Source: Azolla caroliniana (taxonomy: Eukaryota > Plantae > Polypodiophyta). From it: DNA of 64,000 nt. Of the stretch, positions 24,264-38,226 are shown piece after piece. The stretch is from assembly GCA_043228905.1 (NCBI GenBank), contig JBHGNT010000012.1, positions 7,440,001 through 7,504,000 of the forward strand. Reading direction: 5' to 3'. The notes under the pieces are model-generated. The model did no database searches. It saw only the letters and a program-made list of their open reading frames with translations, and was not told the origin of the DNA. Made by a program: the position numbers and the translations under genes. Every line of letters begins with the position of its first letter. Position 1 is the first letter of the stretch.

Positions 24264-27200
24264 ATCCTATCTACCAAGAGAGGAGCAGGTGCAAAATTCT
24301 AGTGGCACTTAGATCCTTTGACCAAGGATCAATCAATCCGTCAATTTGTTCAGGATTGAGCCTTACCATAGAAAAAATATTCTGTGAAAAAGAAATCAAT
24401 CAAATCTCTTGTTAAGGGTGAATGCATGGATAATCCATGCTTGAAAAGGAAACCATGGGAAAACAAGAAGCAAACCCGAAGCACATTAGGATAACACAAG
24501 AGACCCCAATGATATCAAGATGAAACAGGAGATCCTACGTGCATCAACATCAAACAAGAAAATCCTGACTATACCCACACCACACCAAGAAAGAAACCCT
24601 AAGTACAACAAGAAACTAGAAACTTAAGAATGTCAGGATGAAACAAGAAAACCCTAAATATATATATCACCAAGTACCAGGAAGGAACAGCCAGAAAAAT
24701 AGCAAAAAATTGCTGGGCAAGAGACTTACCTGGTCTTATTTTGATTGACACATAGGGAAGGGATCAAAGCTATCTGTTTTCAATTTTTTCTTCCTCTTAA
24801 TTTCCTCTGTTTCTGTTGCCTCTGCAAAAATAGGAGGGCAATTACATACATACATACATTACATAATTGGGTACCATCATATGAAAGGAAGCACATTCAT
24901 CATGAGATCCGGGGGACATTCATTGGCATGGACATTGGGCGGGCGCTCACATGGACACCGAGTCTTGACACCAATCAATGTGAGCCAAACTGTGAAACAC
25001 ATGTTTTGCATGCTATTCGCTTGTGACACAGTTTAGTATGCAAATCGCTTCTTCGAATCCAATGGTTCATAGTTTCATATACTCTACCAACTTCCAAGCA
25101 AACGATGGCGGAGAGGTACACACTCTGAAAGGTTTTATTGTCGTCCTCAAATATAGTCCATGGGACCATAATTTTTTCATGTTGTGTGTGTGGAGTTTGA
25201 TAAGTGATCCTCAATGTTCAAGACATAGCAATTGAAAGTGTGCATTGTGATTGAGAGAGGTATAGATTAGGATTCAAAGTGTGGGGAAAGCTAGGTTGAA
25301 GGTGGAGCTTTGTTATGGAGTGTGACATTCAAATGTGTGAGCACTAAGAGTAAATATATGCATAATTGATGCACCACCATCTCATTTTCACATGGAAGAG
25401 AATGTGACCTAAATCATGTGGAAATGATAGTGCGTGTGCGAACAAGTGGATGTGTTGTATTGTAATGGGTTAGTATGAGTTACCTTTTCAGAGAAGATCC
25501 ATCCACGTCTCTCTCAAGTCGCGATTTACTAGCATTGGAAAAAAACTAAGTTTTCATTCAAAAACTATGAAGGCATCATGAAGCATGTATATTGTATCTT
25601 GTCTTCAAAATGCTTTCATCATACATTGCATCCATCCAAATAGTCAACATTTTGCTTTATAAAGTTAATTCATAGTGATTGGGTCTTGAGAAGTAAAAGA
25701 ATGTATGATGGTTGTTTCTTGACTTGAAAAAACTTCATAAGAGAGATATGCATAAGACAAAGCAACCATTAACGTCACTTAGTTGTTTGAGTGTCACTAT
25801 TATCTATTTGATCGAGTCGCTCAATGGTGTTGGGGTGTTCTATAATCAAGAGGTCCTTAGTAGGTACTAGGAAATTCATAAAACATAATGTTAGAATAAT
25901 CAAGGTTCCAAATGTCCGGCTCTTTAAAATGAGGACTATATACTAAATGTACCTCTATTAGTTTTCTCATCCTATCGTGACTTGGTAATGGTCATAGGCC
26001 AAAACATATAAAAAGGCCAACATCTTGTAATTTTGAACTTTTTTTTATATTAGTAAAACCATCATATCGTGTCTTTCTCTTTTTCTTTTCTTTCCTTAGT
26101 CACATCGCTCTTGGCTTTTGTCCCTCCAACACTAATGACCACATATAGTGAACCAAATCTTGTGGACAAGAAGACAATAATATGGATGATGATTGTCACT
26201 TCTTCAAACTAGGTTTATGCATATGGAGATGCACTCCATGAGTTGGAATATGAGCTATCACTCGTGAAAACAACGATGTGTATTGTTGCCAATTGGTGAT
26301 CACAAGTGGGTAGTTTTCTTTGTCTCTCGCATAATGATATTATATTATGAATATGTCATTCTACTTCGCCCTTATATTATGAAGGTTATTTCAACTCACA
26401 ATAATAGAGTGAGAGCCTACCACTAAGTAACAAGGCCTAATGAAAAGATGCCACCACATTGCTAGCATTGCAAGGCCAATGATAGTATCACCATCAACTC
26501 GTGGTTGCCATTGGACCATTGTTATAGCCTATAGGGATGACAATAGGAACTACATATTTATAAAGAGTAATTTCAATGATTTCAAAGTACGATAAGTGGG
26601 AATCTAGTTATCCTATGACCTCCTTCATTATGACATATTGAGGATTTGCCAAGGCTCTATTTGATGGGACAAAGATTTCTTAAATTAGATCCAATAATCA
26701 CAAATTTTATAGTGTAAAATAAAGTAGTATTTGGTGGCATGGGATGCAAATGGAATTTATGTTCATCTCTTGTCCTTCACTTTATGGTGGTTAAACACCA
26801 GCGAACTATAATTTTCTTAATCTCAATTTACATTTCTTTATCAGTATAAATCAATCCATAATGGTTGTTGTTGTGATGGGGCATGTCGTCAACACCATTG
26901 CCAATGAAGTCATTGTTACATTTGGAATGCCAATACTATTAGAATGTTGCCACTAATGAAGACACCATTGACAATGATGTAAAATGATAAAGGATATGGA
27001 GATGAAGAAGCTGGATGGTTGAGTGAGTGAAGAATGGCGCGAAAAATTACTAGCATAGAACACAGATGTGAGACAAGAGTTGAGTGATGGTCGATTGCAA
27101 AACCAAGTGATCATGCCAATGGCTTGTAACCATTAGCCAAGAGTAGAGAAATATTTGTGTGGAGTGATAACTAGGCCAATGGGTTTATATCCATTAGTTG

Positions 27201-27810
27201 AAAGATGAGATTGTGATCAATGCCCCAAACAAAGCCAAGAAATTACTAGGTCAACGATCTGTGGCCAATTGCCAAGACTATTGGTTGATTGACAATTGTG
27301 TATACAGTCAGAAGACCAACAATTGTAGATTGGGTGTAAAACAGGAAGAATAATTCAAAGGAGAGTACTATGTGTTCAATGAGAGTTAACTTGCAATGTC
27401 GGCCAAAGTTTAGAACATTAAGTTGAATGAGGGGAGGAAAACCCAAAAACCGTGTATAAATAGCACATAAGGTAACATACAAAGTGTGGCTCTTTCTATA
27501 ATATACTTGTGTAACAATTGACTATCTAGTTTTTCCATTTTTATTTGTGCAAATAATGTTCTAAAAATAATAATAAACAATATATTTGTTGTTTCTCAAT
27601 TGCGATGTAGTGCAATGGTCTATATAATTTGTTTGTGAGGAATCAACATACATTGTTGTGTAACCACATACATGATATGGATAATAGTATTCTACCCTTG
27701 AGAGAAGTACACCATTTGACTAAAGTCTAAGACTCATAGGTGGTTGTCTTGTGTGTATTGCACGGATTGATGGTTAAATGAAATCACATTTGATGCAATA
27801 TTTGTGTCTT

Positions 27811-28358
27811 CAATCCCATCGAATGCCATTAATCTGCCTAACCCATTAATCCTAGTCTTTATTTTGCACCCATGGATTTTTATAACCACTTCATCCTATT
27901 AATCAACTATTCACATACATTTCAACTAAACTTTTGGATTTTGATGCTTAATTAGTGAACTTGGGGTTCATTTGCATCCTCCACAAAGGCTCAACACAAG
28001 GGAAGCCCTGCACAAGGGCTAATTGTGCAACTGCCAACAAAAGTGTGCTCAACTTCGAATCTACATGGAAAGAATGAATTGGTGTTCAATCCCATTTGAT
28101 GCCATTAATTCGCCTAATGCATTCCTAGTCTCTATTTTGCACCCACATATCTTTATACCCATGTCCTCCTATTAATGTATTTAATCTACTATTCACATAA
28201 ATTTTGACTAAGCTTCCGGATTTTGATGCTTAATTAATGAACTTGGGACTCATTTGCATCCTCCACAAAGACTCAACACAAGGTAAAGCCCCCATGTTAG
28301 GGCTACATGTGAAACTACCAACAAAAGGGTGTTCAACATCAAATCAACATGGAAAGAA
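27811..28358. repeat. Diverged tandem duplication, ~276-bp unit x2
   Basis: caatcccat...acatggaaagaa at 27811 and 28087. Confidence 0.8.
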
Positions 28359-28535
28359 ATTAATATGGTGAAGAGAGAGATTCTATAGTAGTAGATGTCA
28401 AAAAGTAGTGAGACTCAAACCCCCACCTCATCTTCAAATCTCTTGGATCCAGTCCCTTTCAATGGGTGGTGCTCGAGGTCCATGTCAAGTTTGACATAAT
28501 GGTTATTAGGTTCTCTCATGTTCACCATATGTGGG

Positions 28536-29059
28536 TGTTGGGAAAACCAGGTCCCTCCAGATGGGACTTGCCGAATCAATGAGTAAACTCGATCGAGGCT
28601 GAAACCGAAATCGAAATCGAAAATCGATTTTGTGTCCGATTCGAGGGGCTATAATTGTAAATAGCAAGAAAGTTGTTTTAGTATATAAACAACTAGGGCA
28701 AACATTAAGAACGTAGTTGATCATTATTTAGTTGTATAGTGACACAGAAGGTAGTGGCTTCTGTAACTGTGAGTGAGTGAGAGTTAGCCAGTAACTCTAC
28801 AACCATCAGTCTGACGAAGGAGACCTTAAGGTTGTTGCCTTGAAGCTTCTCATTGTACTCCTCATTATAGTGATATAGTTCGGAGTTTGAGGACTCCCGT
28901 GGTTTTTCCGTTTCGGGTTTTCCGCCTAAATATCTGTCTCTCGTTTCTGAGTTTGTTTTCGTTTTTTCTATTCTCTTTTGTCTGAGCATTACCTTGCTCA
29001 GTTTCTTTGCACCCGAACACATACGTGGGAACCGATTATGGCCGGTTAGGATCCTGACA
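28536..29059 (+). mobile_element. Solo LTR (Copia, related to the LTRs of 34049-40034)
   Basis: TGTTGGG...CCTGACA, TSD gtggg/atggg; shares ccctccagatggg and ggtttttcc blocks with those LTRs. Confidence 0.8.
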
Positions 29060-29629
29060 ATGGGTTCGAACCATCATATGCCTCAACCTTTGTGAGCATG
29101 ATGAGAGAGTCTCTGTGAATATGCCCATATAAAGGAACACATATTGTTCCTTTGAGGGAAGAGGATATTGTGGTATACCAACAACCATGTAGATATGATG
29201 TACGACACGTGGAGCAACCACGCATTGTGGAAAGTAGTTGCATGGATAGAGCAGGTGCAATTGCTACACAATACACCGTATCACACACACACACACTTTC
29301 TTTTATATATACAATACAGAGTTACACATGCATACACCCATGCATAAAGACACATGCATCCACAAACATGACACATAGAGTACTTGAGGATATTGTAAAT
29401 CTTGCTTGCTAGGAGCATGATCATGTGTTAATTCACACACACGAATTTTCTTGACATCGAATTTTGTCATTTTTGCTTCATGAGGTATCGAGGTAGATGA
29501 TGTCATCGTGGAACTCCTTCAATATGACCAATGCTTCTCTTAGAGAAAATGTGGCCATACTATCTAAATTTTGTTTCACAAGGACCTTTTTGTTTGTATG
29601 TTTTTGTTCCATGTAGGATGCAAACTTTA

Positions 29630-29980
29630 TGATAATCCATACATTCTCCCATTGTTTCTTCTTGATGTTATCATCCACAAATACCTCAAGCTCAATGTAG
29701 GATGCAAATTTGTATGATAACCATACATTCTACCTCAAGCAATTGGCACAAGGCTTGTGCTAGCATGGTGTTATCATCAACTAGAAGAACAATGTAGGGT
29801 ACAAAATTGTATGATAGCCCAAACATTCTCCCATTGTTTTTTCTTGATGGCTTGTACCCTAAGTCTCATGTTTCTTCGCGAAGCCCGCCCTTCAACCCAT
29901 TCATTTACTTCCTCCTCTCAAACACAAATACCTCAAGCAATTGGCACAAGACTTGTGCTAGCATGATGTTATCATCAATC
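29630..29980. repeat. Imperfect tandem repeats
   Basis: Recurring acattctcccattgttt, aatacctcaagc, ttggcacaag...tagcatg blocks. Confidence 0.6.
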
Positions 29981-31255
29981 AGACTCTTCCACCATGTTAG
30001 TGCTTGGACTTCTTGGCAACTTCTAGAACTACGTATCGACCCACCTCATCCAGCACGACCATGGGGCCTATCTTCCTCCGTGTATAACATCTTGTTATCA
30101 GTATGCATACTCGTCGATGCACCCGTGTGGTTCTCCTCTACAAGGAGCATTCACTGTAAGTCAAAAAACGAAGGCATATTCTCCCTCGTACAAACCGTCG
30201 TTCGGAATGCTCCGAACTTCAACACCAAACCCCCAAGACAAACCTGCACCATCTCATCCTCCTCGACGGTCACATTGATGGAGGCAAGAGAGTCGTTGAT
30301 CTCCTTGATTCGGGTTGTGTAGTCGGCCATTGACATGCCTTTCTGTCGGACATTGCTCAACTCCTGTCTGAGTTGCAACTTTCATGTCGTGGTGCTTGCG
30401 GTGAGTACCCTTTTTAGGTTCGTCCACGCTTCCTTTGGCATCTTGGCATCCCGGATATGGCTTAACAGTTGATCATCGACATTGGTCGCGAATTAGTACA
30501 TTACCTTGCTTGCCGCTTGTTCTCAAGTCGGAAAGTCCATGTGTGTCTCATCCGATGCTGCATCATTAGCTCTGTCGACATAACTAAAGTATTCATGTCC
30601 AAGCAGGTACTAGTGCATCTTGTACGACCAAGATGCGTAGTTGTTTCTGTCGAGCTTCTCCGTCAGAAGCAAGCTAACCATTCCTCTGTCCATTCTTTCC
30701 TTTCTGTTCTTTACCGGGTGTTAGGGTTTGTCTTTAACGAGTCGAAATCTCTTGTTGACAACAGACGATGTTCTAACCCTCGCACTCTGATACCATGTGA
30801 AAGTTAATGTACGAAAGTGTAGACAAAACCGGCTCCGCCGAATAACACCAAAGAACAGAAGTGAAGGTTTAATGGAAGCTTGAGAATACACAGTACGCGG
30901 GAGAGACATAGAGAGCAGAACATAAACTCTATTTCAAAACCAAACTCAATACTTTGTACATACAATTGTGCTTGACAACACTATTTATACAAGTCCTTAA
31001 AGGATTGACTAAAGTATTGACAAGTACTTCAATGCTCGTATTGAGTGACAAACACTAACTACTAGAAATATGCCTATGTACTAGGCTAGGATCGTAGGCC
31101 TCTAACAGCCTACTGGTTACACTGATCCGGATTACAATCCGACTCTCCGATCCGGCTCTTGGTTTCAGATACCGATCCAGACATCATTCCGGATACCGAT
31201 CTGGGTCTCCATTCCGGATACCGATCTGGATCAGGTTGAGCTTGTCTGCTCAACA
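29980..31255 (-). mobile_element. Truncated Copia 5' end: LTR 30796-31255, tRNA-Met PBS, gag relic
   Basis: PBS TGGTATCAGAG at 30785-30795; UBN2-like QLRQELSNVRQ..DYTTRIKEI; LTR resembles 59120-59526. Confidence 0.85.
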
Positions 31256-31264
31256 GAGCTTCTC

Positions 31265-31355
31265 TGTCACGACACAATGACATAAAATACATAGTTGGTG
31301 AGGATTGAACCTACAACCTCACATCAACAAGATGTTATGTCACTGTGTCATGACA
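31265..31355. mobile_element. 91-bp fold-back element derived from an LTR end
   Basis: 21-bp terminal inverted repeats with 2 mismatches, TG..CA, TSD TTCTC; homologous to the reverse complement of 38150-38226. Confidence 0.8.
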
Positions 31356-34300
31356 TTCTCCATCTTTTGGTCCTTTGTTGAATCATATATTGCCATCTAG
31401 TCTCATGTGAAATTGCCAACAAATTTTGACTCCACGTAGGTTCGGAGTTTGCTTAGAATAGTGTGGAACTGGTTAAGCGCTCTTGCCTTTAGCTTTCTCT
31501 ATTATACGAGATCTAATGTATTTTACCTCGGGATCCCAAAAATGCTTTATTGACCATTGCCTTTCATAGTCATTGAAGAATGATGGGCCACTTGTCTTTT
31601 TGGGAGTTGATTGCTCCTCTTCCTCTATCTTCAGCTCTCTTGGAAGCACTACATCAATGCCATGTACCTTCCACAAATGTGCCTCTATGTCAGATTTTTT
31701 TGGGAACCACCATTGGACTAGCTGACATGACACATACACTATACATGTCTGATATTTGATCCCCCCCCAACCTTAGCCACACTTGAAGAGCGAGAGTTTC
31801 TCAACATAAATCTAGTGTGACATATGCATTAGAATAATCAGTATATAAATTATTGTAGTTGTATTACAAGAATGTACATCAACTCGCCTTTTGGAGGAGC
31901 ATCCAAATATGATGGGTCGCGGTTTGGTATGGGGTTTGCAACCTCTTACCTTTGCCACCTCCATGTCATTTCCAACTACCACCTTAATAAATACGTTGTT
32001 TCTGGTACCCTTTCTTACAAAAACTATGCACCCAAAACCAAAGTTAGCACACATGCATCACTATTGTAGTCTCATATAGATTGTTTAAAAATGAATTGTG
32101 CCATACCTCCCTTGACTAGTTCTTTCACCTCAATCAACATCAAACTCTAAGAGCTCTTTGGAGTTGGTAGCCATCTATACAAGAAAGGCAAAATACAAAT
32201 AATTACGAACATCAAAAACCACAAGAATCTAAAGCCTAATACTAGATTCAGAAACATGCATCCATATTGAGAAAATTTGGATTTCTAAATACCTCAATGG
32301 CGGTATATTCAGAAATCCTGCAAGTTTTCAAAATGCACATGTAGGCATATTTAGAAATCATCCAATGCATGCTAACCATTTTCGAGGACATATTTAGAAA
32401 TCAACTAATGCATGCATCCAACAAGAGTGTAAATCCTATTACCATTTTCAAGAACATTTTAAGCATCCATTTACAAACACTCAAAAACTTTCACAAAACC
32501 ATTCTCAAGTAGCAAACAAAAGTAGAAACCGATAAAATACATACTTGTCAATTCAACATGTGGTGATGCATATGCAAGTGTAGGTGGTTGGTAGGTGCAA
32601 GTGGTGATAGCTTCTTCCCTCCTAAACACCTGGTTGTCTGTTTCAAAAATGTGAGAAAAATATCAGACATTAGGGTTTTAGTTGACTCCCATGAGTTGGG
32701 TTCTTGTCTTTGAGTGGCGACTAAAGAGTGTCAAGTCGAGCAACTCAGATTCAGACAATCGAGTTAGTCAGGCTCCCAAAAATAAGATTGTTTGATGATG
32801 CACTTCTTTTTGGATAAAGATATGAAGATGAAGATTCCATGTGCCCTACACCGTTTGTGGTCACAATTCCCTCGCCAAACCTCTTTATGATTTGGGTGAA
32901 AGTAGACACGCTAGTATGTATGTATATGTGTGTGTGCATGTGTATTTATATACATGGACATGGATACATAGATGTATAGATCCATGTATGTATGCACACA
33001 TTGTATAATACGAAATTATATAACATGGATAAACACTTTATACGGTTTATATGTGTACATTGCTTTATGGATATCTATTGATATCAATAAATATGTCCAT
33101 ACACAATACCGACCCATCAAAAACTCCTTCTCCAACTCTATACATAGTACCAACACATCAAACCCCTCCTCCACTCACCCTTCTTATCGAGAACCTCTCC
33201 TTCCATCCCCTTTTCAATCTTAATTGATTGGTGTGTGGCTCAATGACTATATGCGCGGTTGAGTGATACCTATTTGTGAAAAGATATCCTTTTTACCTTC
33301 CCTGAGAGACCACTTGCAATGGGGCCTAGCCCATGACAAGGATTGAACTTGGGTTCTCTCAAATTTATGACTTTGGTTTTCTCTCATCACAAGGAAATTG
33401 CCTAACATTGCATAATGGTTGGACAAAGTTGTTTTCATTCATCCATAGACAACTAAAATTATATGGTCTTGTTAGGAATATGTCCCTCCTGTGGGAGGAG
33501 CCGATTGTTCGAGCCGACGGTCGAAGACATGAAGTGGTCGACTGTTAGTCGAAGACAAGGGGCCGATTGGTTCAAGCTGGTAAGAGCCGATAGTCGAAGA
33601 CATGAAAGAGTCGACTAAGAGAGAGTCAACAATAGATGATCCATGTCGAGGACAAGACCGACTAGTCGGGCCGACTGGACAGTCGACACAGGAGTTGGCT
33701 AGTCAAATCGACTAGTCGATCAGTCAGTTGATCAACGACTATTATTATTATTAGATAATAATTATAACAACTATATTTGTAAATAGCCCATATTGTGTAT
33801 AAGTATAAATACACCTAGGGCAAACATTATGTGAATGTAGAAAAGAAAAAGTAGACTATAACGAAGTGTTGCGTAGATAGAGAGAGTGTGAGAGAGAGCG
33901 ACAGTAGAGTTCAACGAACTTGCAAAGAACCCTAAGTGGTTATCCTCTGAGTTTCAAAGAGAGTTGTAACCATTCTTTGTATTCTCTGTTGTATAGTGGA
34001 TCTCTGCTCCCGTGGTTTTTCCCCGTTTAGGGTTTTCCACGTAAAACATGTTAGGATCGGAACCGGCCACAACCGGTTTCACTTATAATATTCGGGTGCA
34101 AAGATCAAGAAAGATAGTGTACAAACAGAAAAACGTGAAGACATAAAACACAAGTGCAGAGACACAAGATTTAACGTGGAAAACCCGAAAAGGGAAAAAC
34201 CACATGGAGTCCTCGAACTCCGAACAAATCACTATACGGTAGGAGGAATATACAATAAGACACTCGACGACAACGACCTTGAGTTCTTCTTCATCTTCAG

Positions 34301-35657
34301 ACATTTATAGAGTTACAACTTTGTTTTCTCACTCACCTACTGTCACCCACACTTAGTTACTAAGGAAACTACCCATTGTGTAACTTATTACAACTATAAT
34401 GATTCCACTACACATAAAGTTTGCCCTAATTGTATTTATACATATACAACTTTCTAGCTATTTACATACATAGCCCACAAGGGCACATTTGGACTATTTA
34501 CATATATGGTCTCCGGATTTTGGTTTCGGTTTTCGATTTCGGCCTCGGCCGAAATACTCATTGACTCCATCTGTTGGTTCGTTCTCTTCCCATCTGGAGG
34601 GTCCTGTTACTCAACAAACTCCCCCCCTTCACTCTTGCACGGGGTACTTCTCCAATCCGACTCTTTGTCAGCACAAACTCAACCTCTTCGCTGATAACAC
34701 CTTCGTCAGCATGTCTGATCCGTTGTCATTTGTGTGGATCTTTACTAAATCAAACTCCTTTTCTTCTACTCGCTCTCGGAGCCAATGGTATCTTCTTTGA
34801 ATGTGCTCGGTTCTCGAGTGGTAGATGACATTCTTCGCAAGGTGGATGGCACTCTGGTTATCGCAGCGCAGTCAGAATTCCTCTTGCCGAATTCCCAACT
34901 CTTTGATGAACTCCTTCATCCAAATTATCTCCTTGTCAGCTTCCGTTGCGGCCATATCCTCGGCTTTCGTGGTCGACAATGCCACGACCTTCTGCAGCCG
35001 CGACTGCCACAACACACCTCCCCTTACATACGTCATTACGTATTCGTACGTGGATCGGCTGGTATCCACATCAATCGATATTTCCGAATCCATATAACCC
35101 TCCAATGTGGGGTTACCCGAGCTAAATCAGAGACACACGCTTGAGGTGCCTCTTTGGTACCAAAGTATCCACTTGACCATTGTCCAATGTTCTCTTCTGG
35201 GATTACTCATATATCGGTTGACGACTACGACAACGTATCCGATGTACGGACTGATATAAACCATCACATAGATCAGGCTTCCGACTGCCAAGGCATAAGG
35301 GACTTTTGACATCTCGGCCTTCATGGTTTTCGATTTCGGAATTTGGCTTCCGGACAACTTACAGTTTGTTGGGCAGTGTCGAGCCGACCGATTTCGCGCT
35401 TTCCATGCCGAATCTTTGGAGCACCTTTGTCACGTACGTCTCTTGTGACAACCACAACAATTTCTTTGTCCAATTTTGAACAATGTGCATACCCAGAATT
35501 TGCTTTGCCTGACCCATATCCTTCATTGCGAACGACCTACTCAAGGCCTTCTTCAAACTTCCGATTTTCCTTGGGTCTTGTCCAACAATAAGCATGTCAT
35601 CAACATACAACAGGAGGATGAGAAAATCTCCTCCATCATACTTCTTGACAAAGACGT

Positions 35658-36169
35658 TGTCGTGAAGATTTTCGTCCATAGGCGGAAACCGGGGTCGAAA
35701 GGGCAAGTCGGTGGTGTGCAACATGTGCACATGTATACTAGGATATGGTGTATAGAAAGAGAGGGGAAATTTTGTCCCACATTGTAAGGTCCCTCCCTCC
35801 TTGGGCTATAAAAGGAAGGGAGGGGTCAGTTATGAAGGGGTTGCCTATTTTGCGTATGAAAGGTATACCACATAGTGTAGAGTTCTTACCGTTTAGGGTT
35901 AGGGTTTCGTTATTCATCCTCGGTTAGGGTTTCCTCATAGTCGTTTAGTGCGGCCCATGCAGCCACCACTGTTGTAACCATTCGTTGTTTTAATATATCT
36001 TGTTGAGTATCTTACCTCCGCCGATCTCTCCTTCTATGTGGTCTTATTCTTTCTTCTTCTCCTCTTGAGCTAAGCCTCCATATCATGTCTTATTCTTTCT
36101 CCTCTACTCCTTAGTCCGAGACCCCCGTGGTCCCGCCCCTTCTACACGCACGCGCGTAACAACGCGACA
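35658..36169 (+). mobile_element. Solo LTR of the Trp-PBS / 4-bp-TSD Gypsy group
   Basis: TGTCGTGAAG...GCGACA; TSD acgt/acgc; removing it restores Copia DHCVFVKK; start matches the LTR at 57838. Confidence 0.85.
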
Positions 36170-37817
36170 ACGCAATGATCAACTTGTGTCTTGCTGAAAC
36201 CGTGATCCACCATGAAAGATTCGAACTTTTGGTACCATTGCCGAGGTGCTTGCTTCAGCCCATACAAGCTCTTTCTCAATTAGCATACCCAGTTTTCTTT
36301 ATCTTTTTCTTCAAATCCTTCTGGGTGGTGCAAGCAAATCTCTTCCTTCAAATCTCCATGAAGGAAACCAATCTTGACGTCTAGTTTCTCAACTTCGAGC
36401 TCCATGCTAGCCATTATTCTCAACACTGTTCGGATTGACGTCATCTTCACAATCGGGGCAAATATTTCGTTGAAATTCACGCCCTTCTTTTGTTGAAAGC
36501 CTTTCACGACAATTCGTGCTTTGTACTTGGGTGCATTCCCGCCATCTCCCAGCTTTAATTTGTATACCCACTTATTTTGGAGTGCCCTTTTCCCTTTCGG
36601 CACCTCGATCAATTCGTATGTGTGGTTCTCATGCAAGGAATCCATCTCCTCTTGCATGGCACTTAACCACTTTCGATTATGGGTATCGTTCTTAGCTTCT
36701 TCGAAGCTTTCCAGCTCCCCCTCATCAGTTAGTAGTACACGCTCTTCATCCGGAAATCTTTGGGGCGCCCTTCTTTCTCTTAGGGATATCATCTACCTCC
36801 ATTCGACACAATAGGTTCTTCTTCGATTTCTTCAGCCGAGTCAAAATTTGGTTCCTTGTTCGGCTGGTTCCCCTTGTTCTTTAGTCGATTCTTGATTTTG
36901 CTGAGTATTAAATCAACCGATTGGCTCAGATTTGATTTCAATCGAATCAACTTCTACTCGATTCAGCTGAGCATCGACTTAGCTCGACTTGGTAGTTCAA
37001 GACTTACTCTCAATTTCCCAATCAACAATCACCTTCTCTTCCATGAAGAAGATGTTTCGGCTCCTAATCACCTTCTTCTTGATTAGGTCCCATAGTTGAT
37101 AGCTGAATTCATCTTCGTCGTAGCCGAGAAATAGGCACGGTCAGCTCTTGGGATCAAGTTTCCCCCTCTGGTCCTTAGCTATTTGCACATAGGCCAGGCA
37201 TTTGAATACTCTTAGATGCCAATATGACACCTCTTTGCCGGACCATACCCTTTATGGTTTGTCACCTTCTAGTGGAACTGAGGGAGACCTGTTTATCACA
37301 TACATGGTTGTCATCAGCGCCTCGGCCCAATAAATCTTCGGCAATTTCGCATGTGCCACCATACATCAGACACTCTCCATGATCGTCGAGTTCATTCGCT
37401 CGGCGATCCCATTCAGTTCCGGTGACTTCGGCACTATATACTCCAGTCGAATACCCTGGGTTCAACAACACTCTTCAAATTGCCCTCGGTATTCACTGCC
37501 ATTGTCCATTCAGACCACTTTTAGTTTTCGGCCGGTCTCACTTGGAACTCCTTGAAAACACCATAGTACTTGATCCTTCGTCTTCAACACATAAGCCCAC
37601 AACTTACGACTATAATCATCAATGAAGGTGGCAAAGTACTGACCACCGGAATGAACTTCGCGTCTACATAACATACATCAGTGTGTACGAGTTCCAAGCC
37701 GGTTTTCCTCCGAATCGGAGGCCTCGATCGGAACGAGACTCTATTCTGTTTGCTAGTCATGCAATCAACATACTTATCCAAATGCATTTTCTTTACCTCC
37801 GGTAGGAGTTCTTTTTC

Positions 37818-38226
37818 TGTCACAAGAGCATGAAGACAAAGATGAAGCAGACAAGATGGGCCGAAACGAGAATACTAGATTGATGTGTCAATGACTGGTG
37901 TTAAATCCCTTGAAAGGGACCAAGGAGGTTACAAGTATTTATACAAGTTCTGATATTGAATATCTCTAGAATATACTTGAGAAATATCTCTAGAATATAC
38001 CCAATAAATATCTCTAGAATATACCCATCTAGATTACACCATAGAATATTTCTAGAATATACTAAAGACTAGAATATTCTAGAATGTACTATATGTTAGA
38101 ATAACAATATTAAATTATATACAAGTACATGCTCATATTGAAATGGTCAGGCATGATGTTTTGTAGATGTGAGGTTGTAGGTTCAATACTCATTAACTAC
38201 GTATTTGATGTCACTATGTCGTGACA
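37818..38226. mobile_element. Solo LTR with internal aatatctctagaatatac repeats
   Basis: TGTCAC...GTGACA, TSD TTTTC; interrupts the Copia reading MLAEK|ELLPEVK. Confidence 0.88.

Noticed and set aside
25000-27800. Possible DNA-transposon remnant
   Set aside because: No recognisable catalytic motif, TIR or TSD by eye
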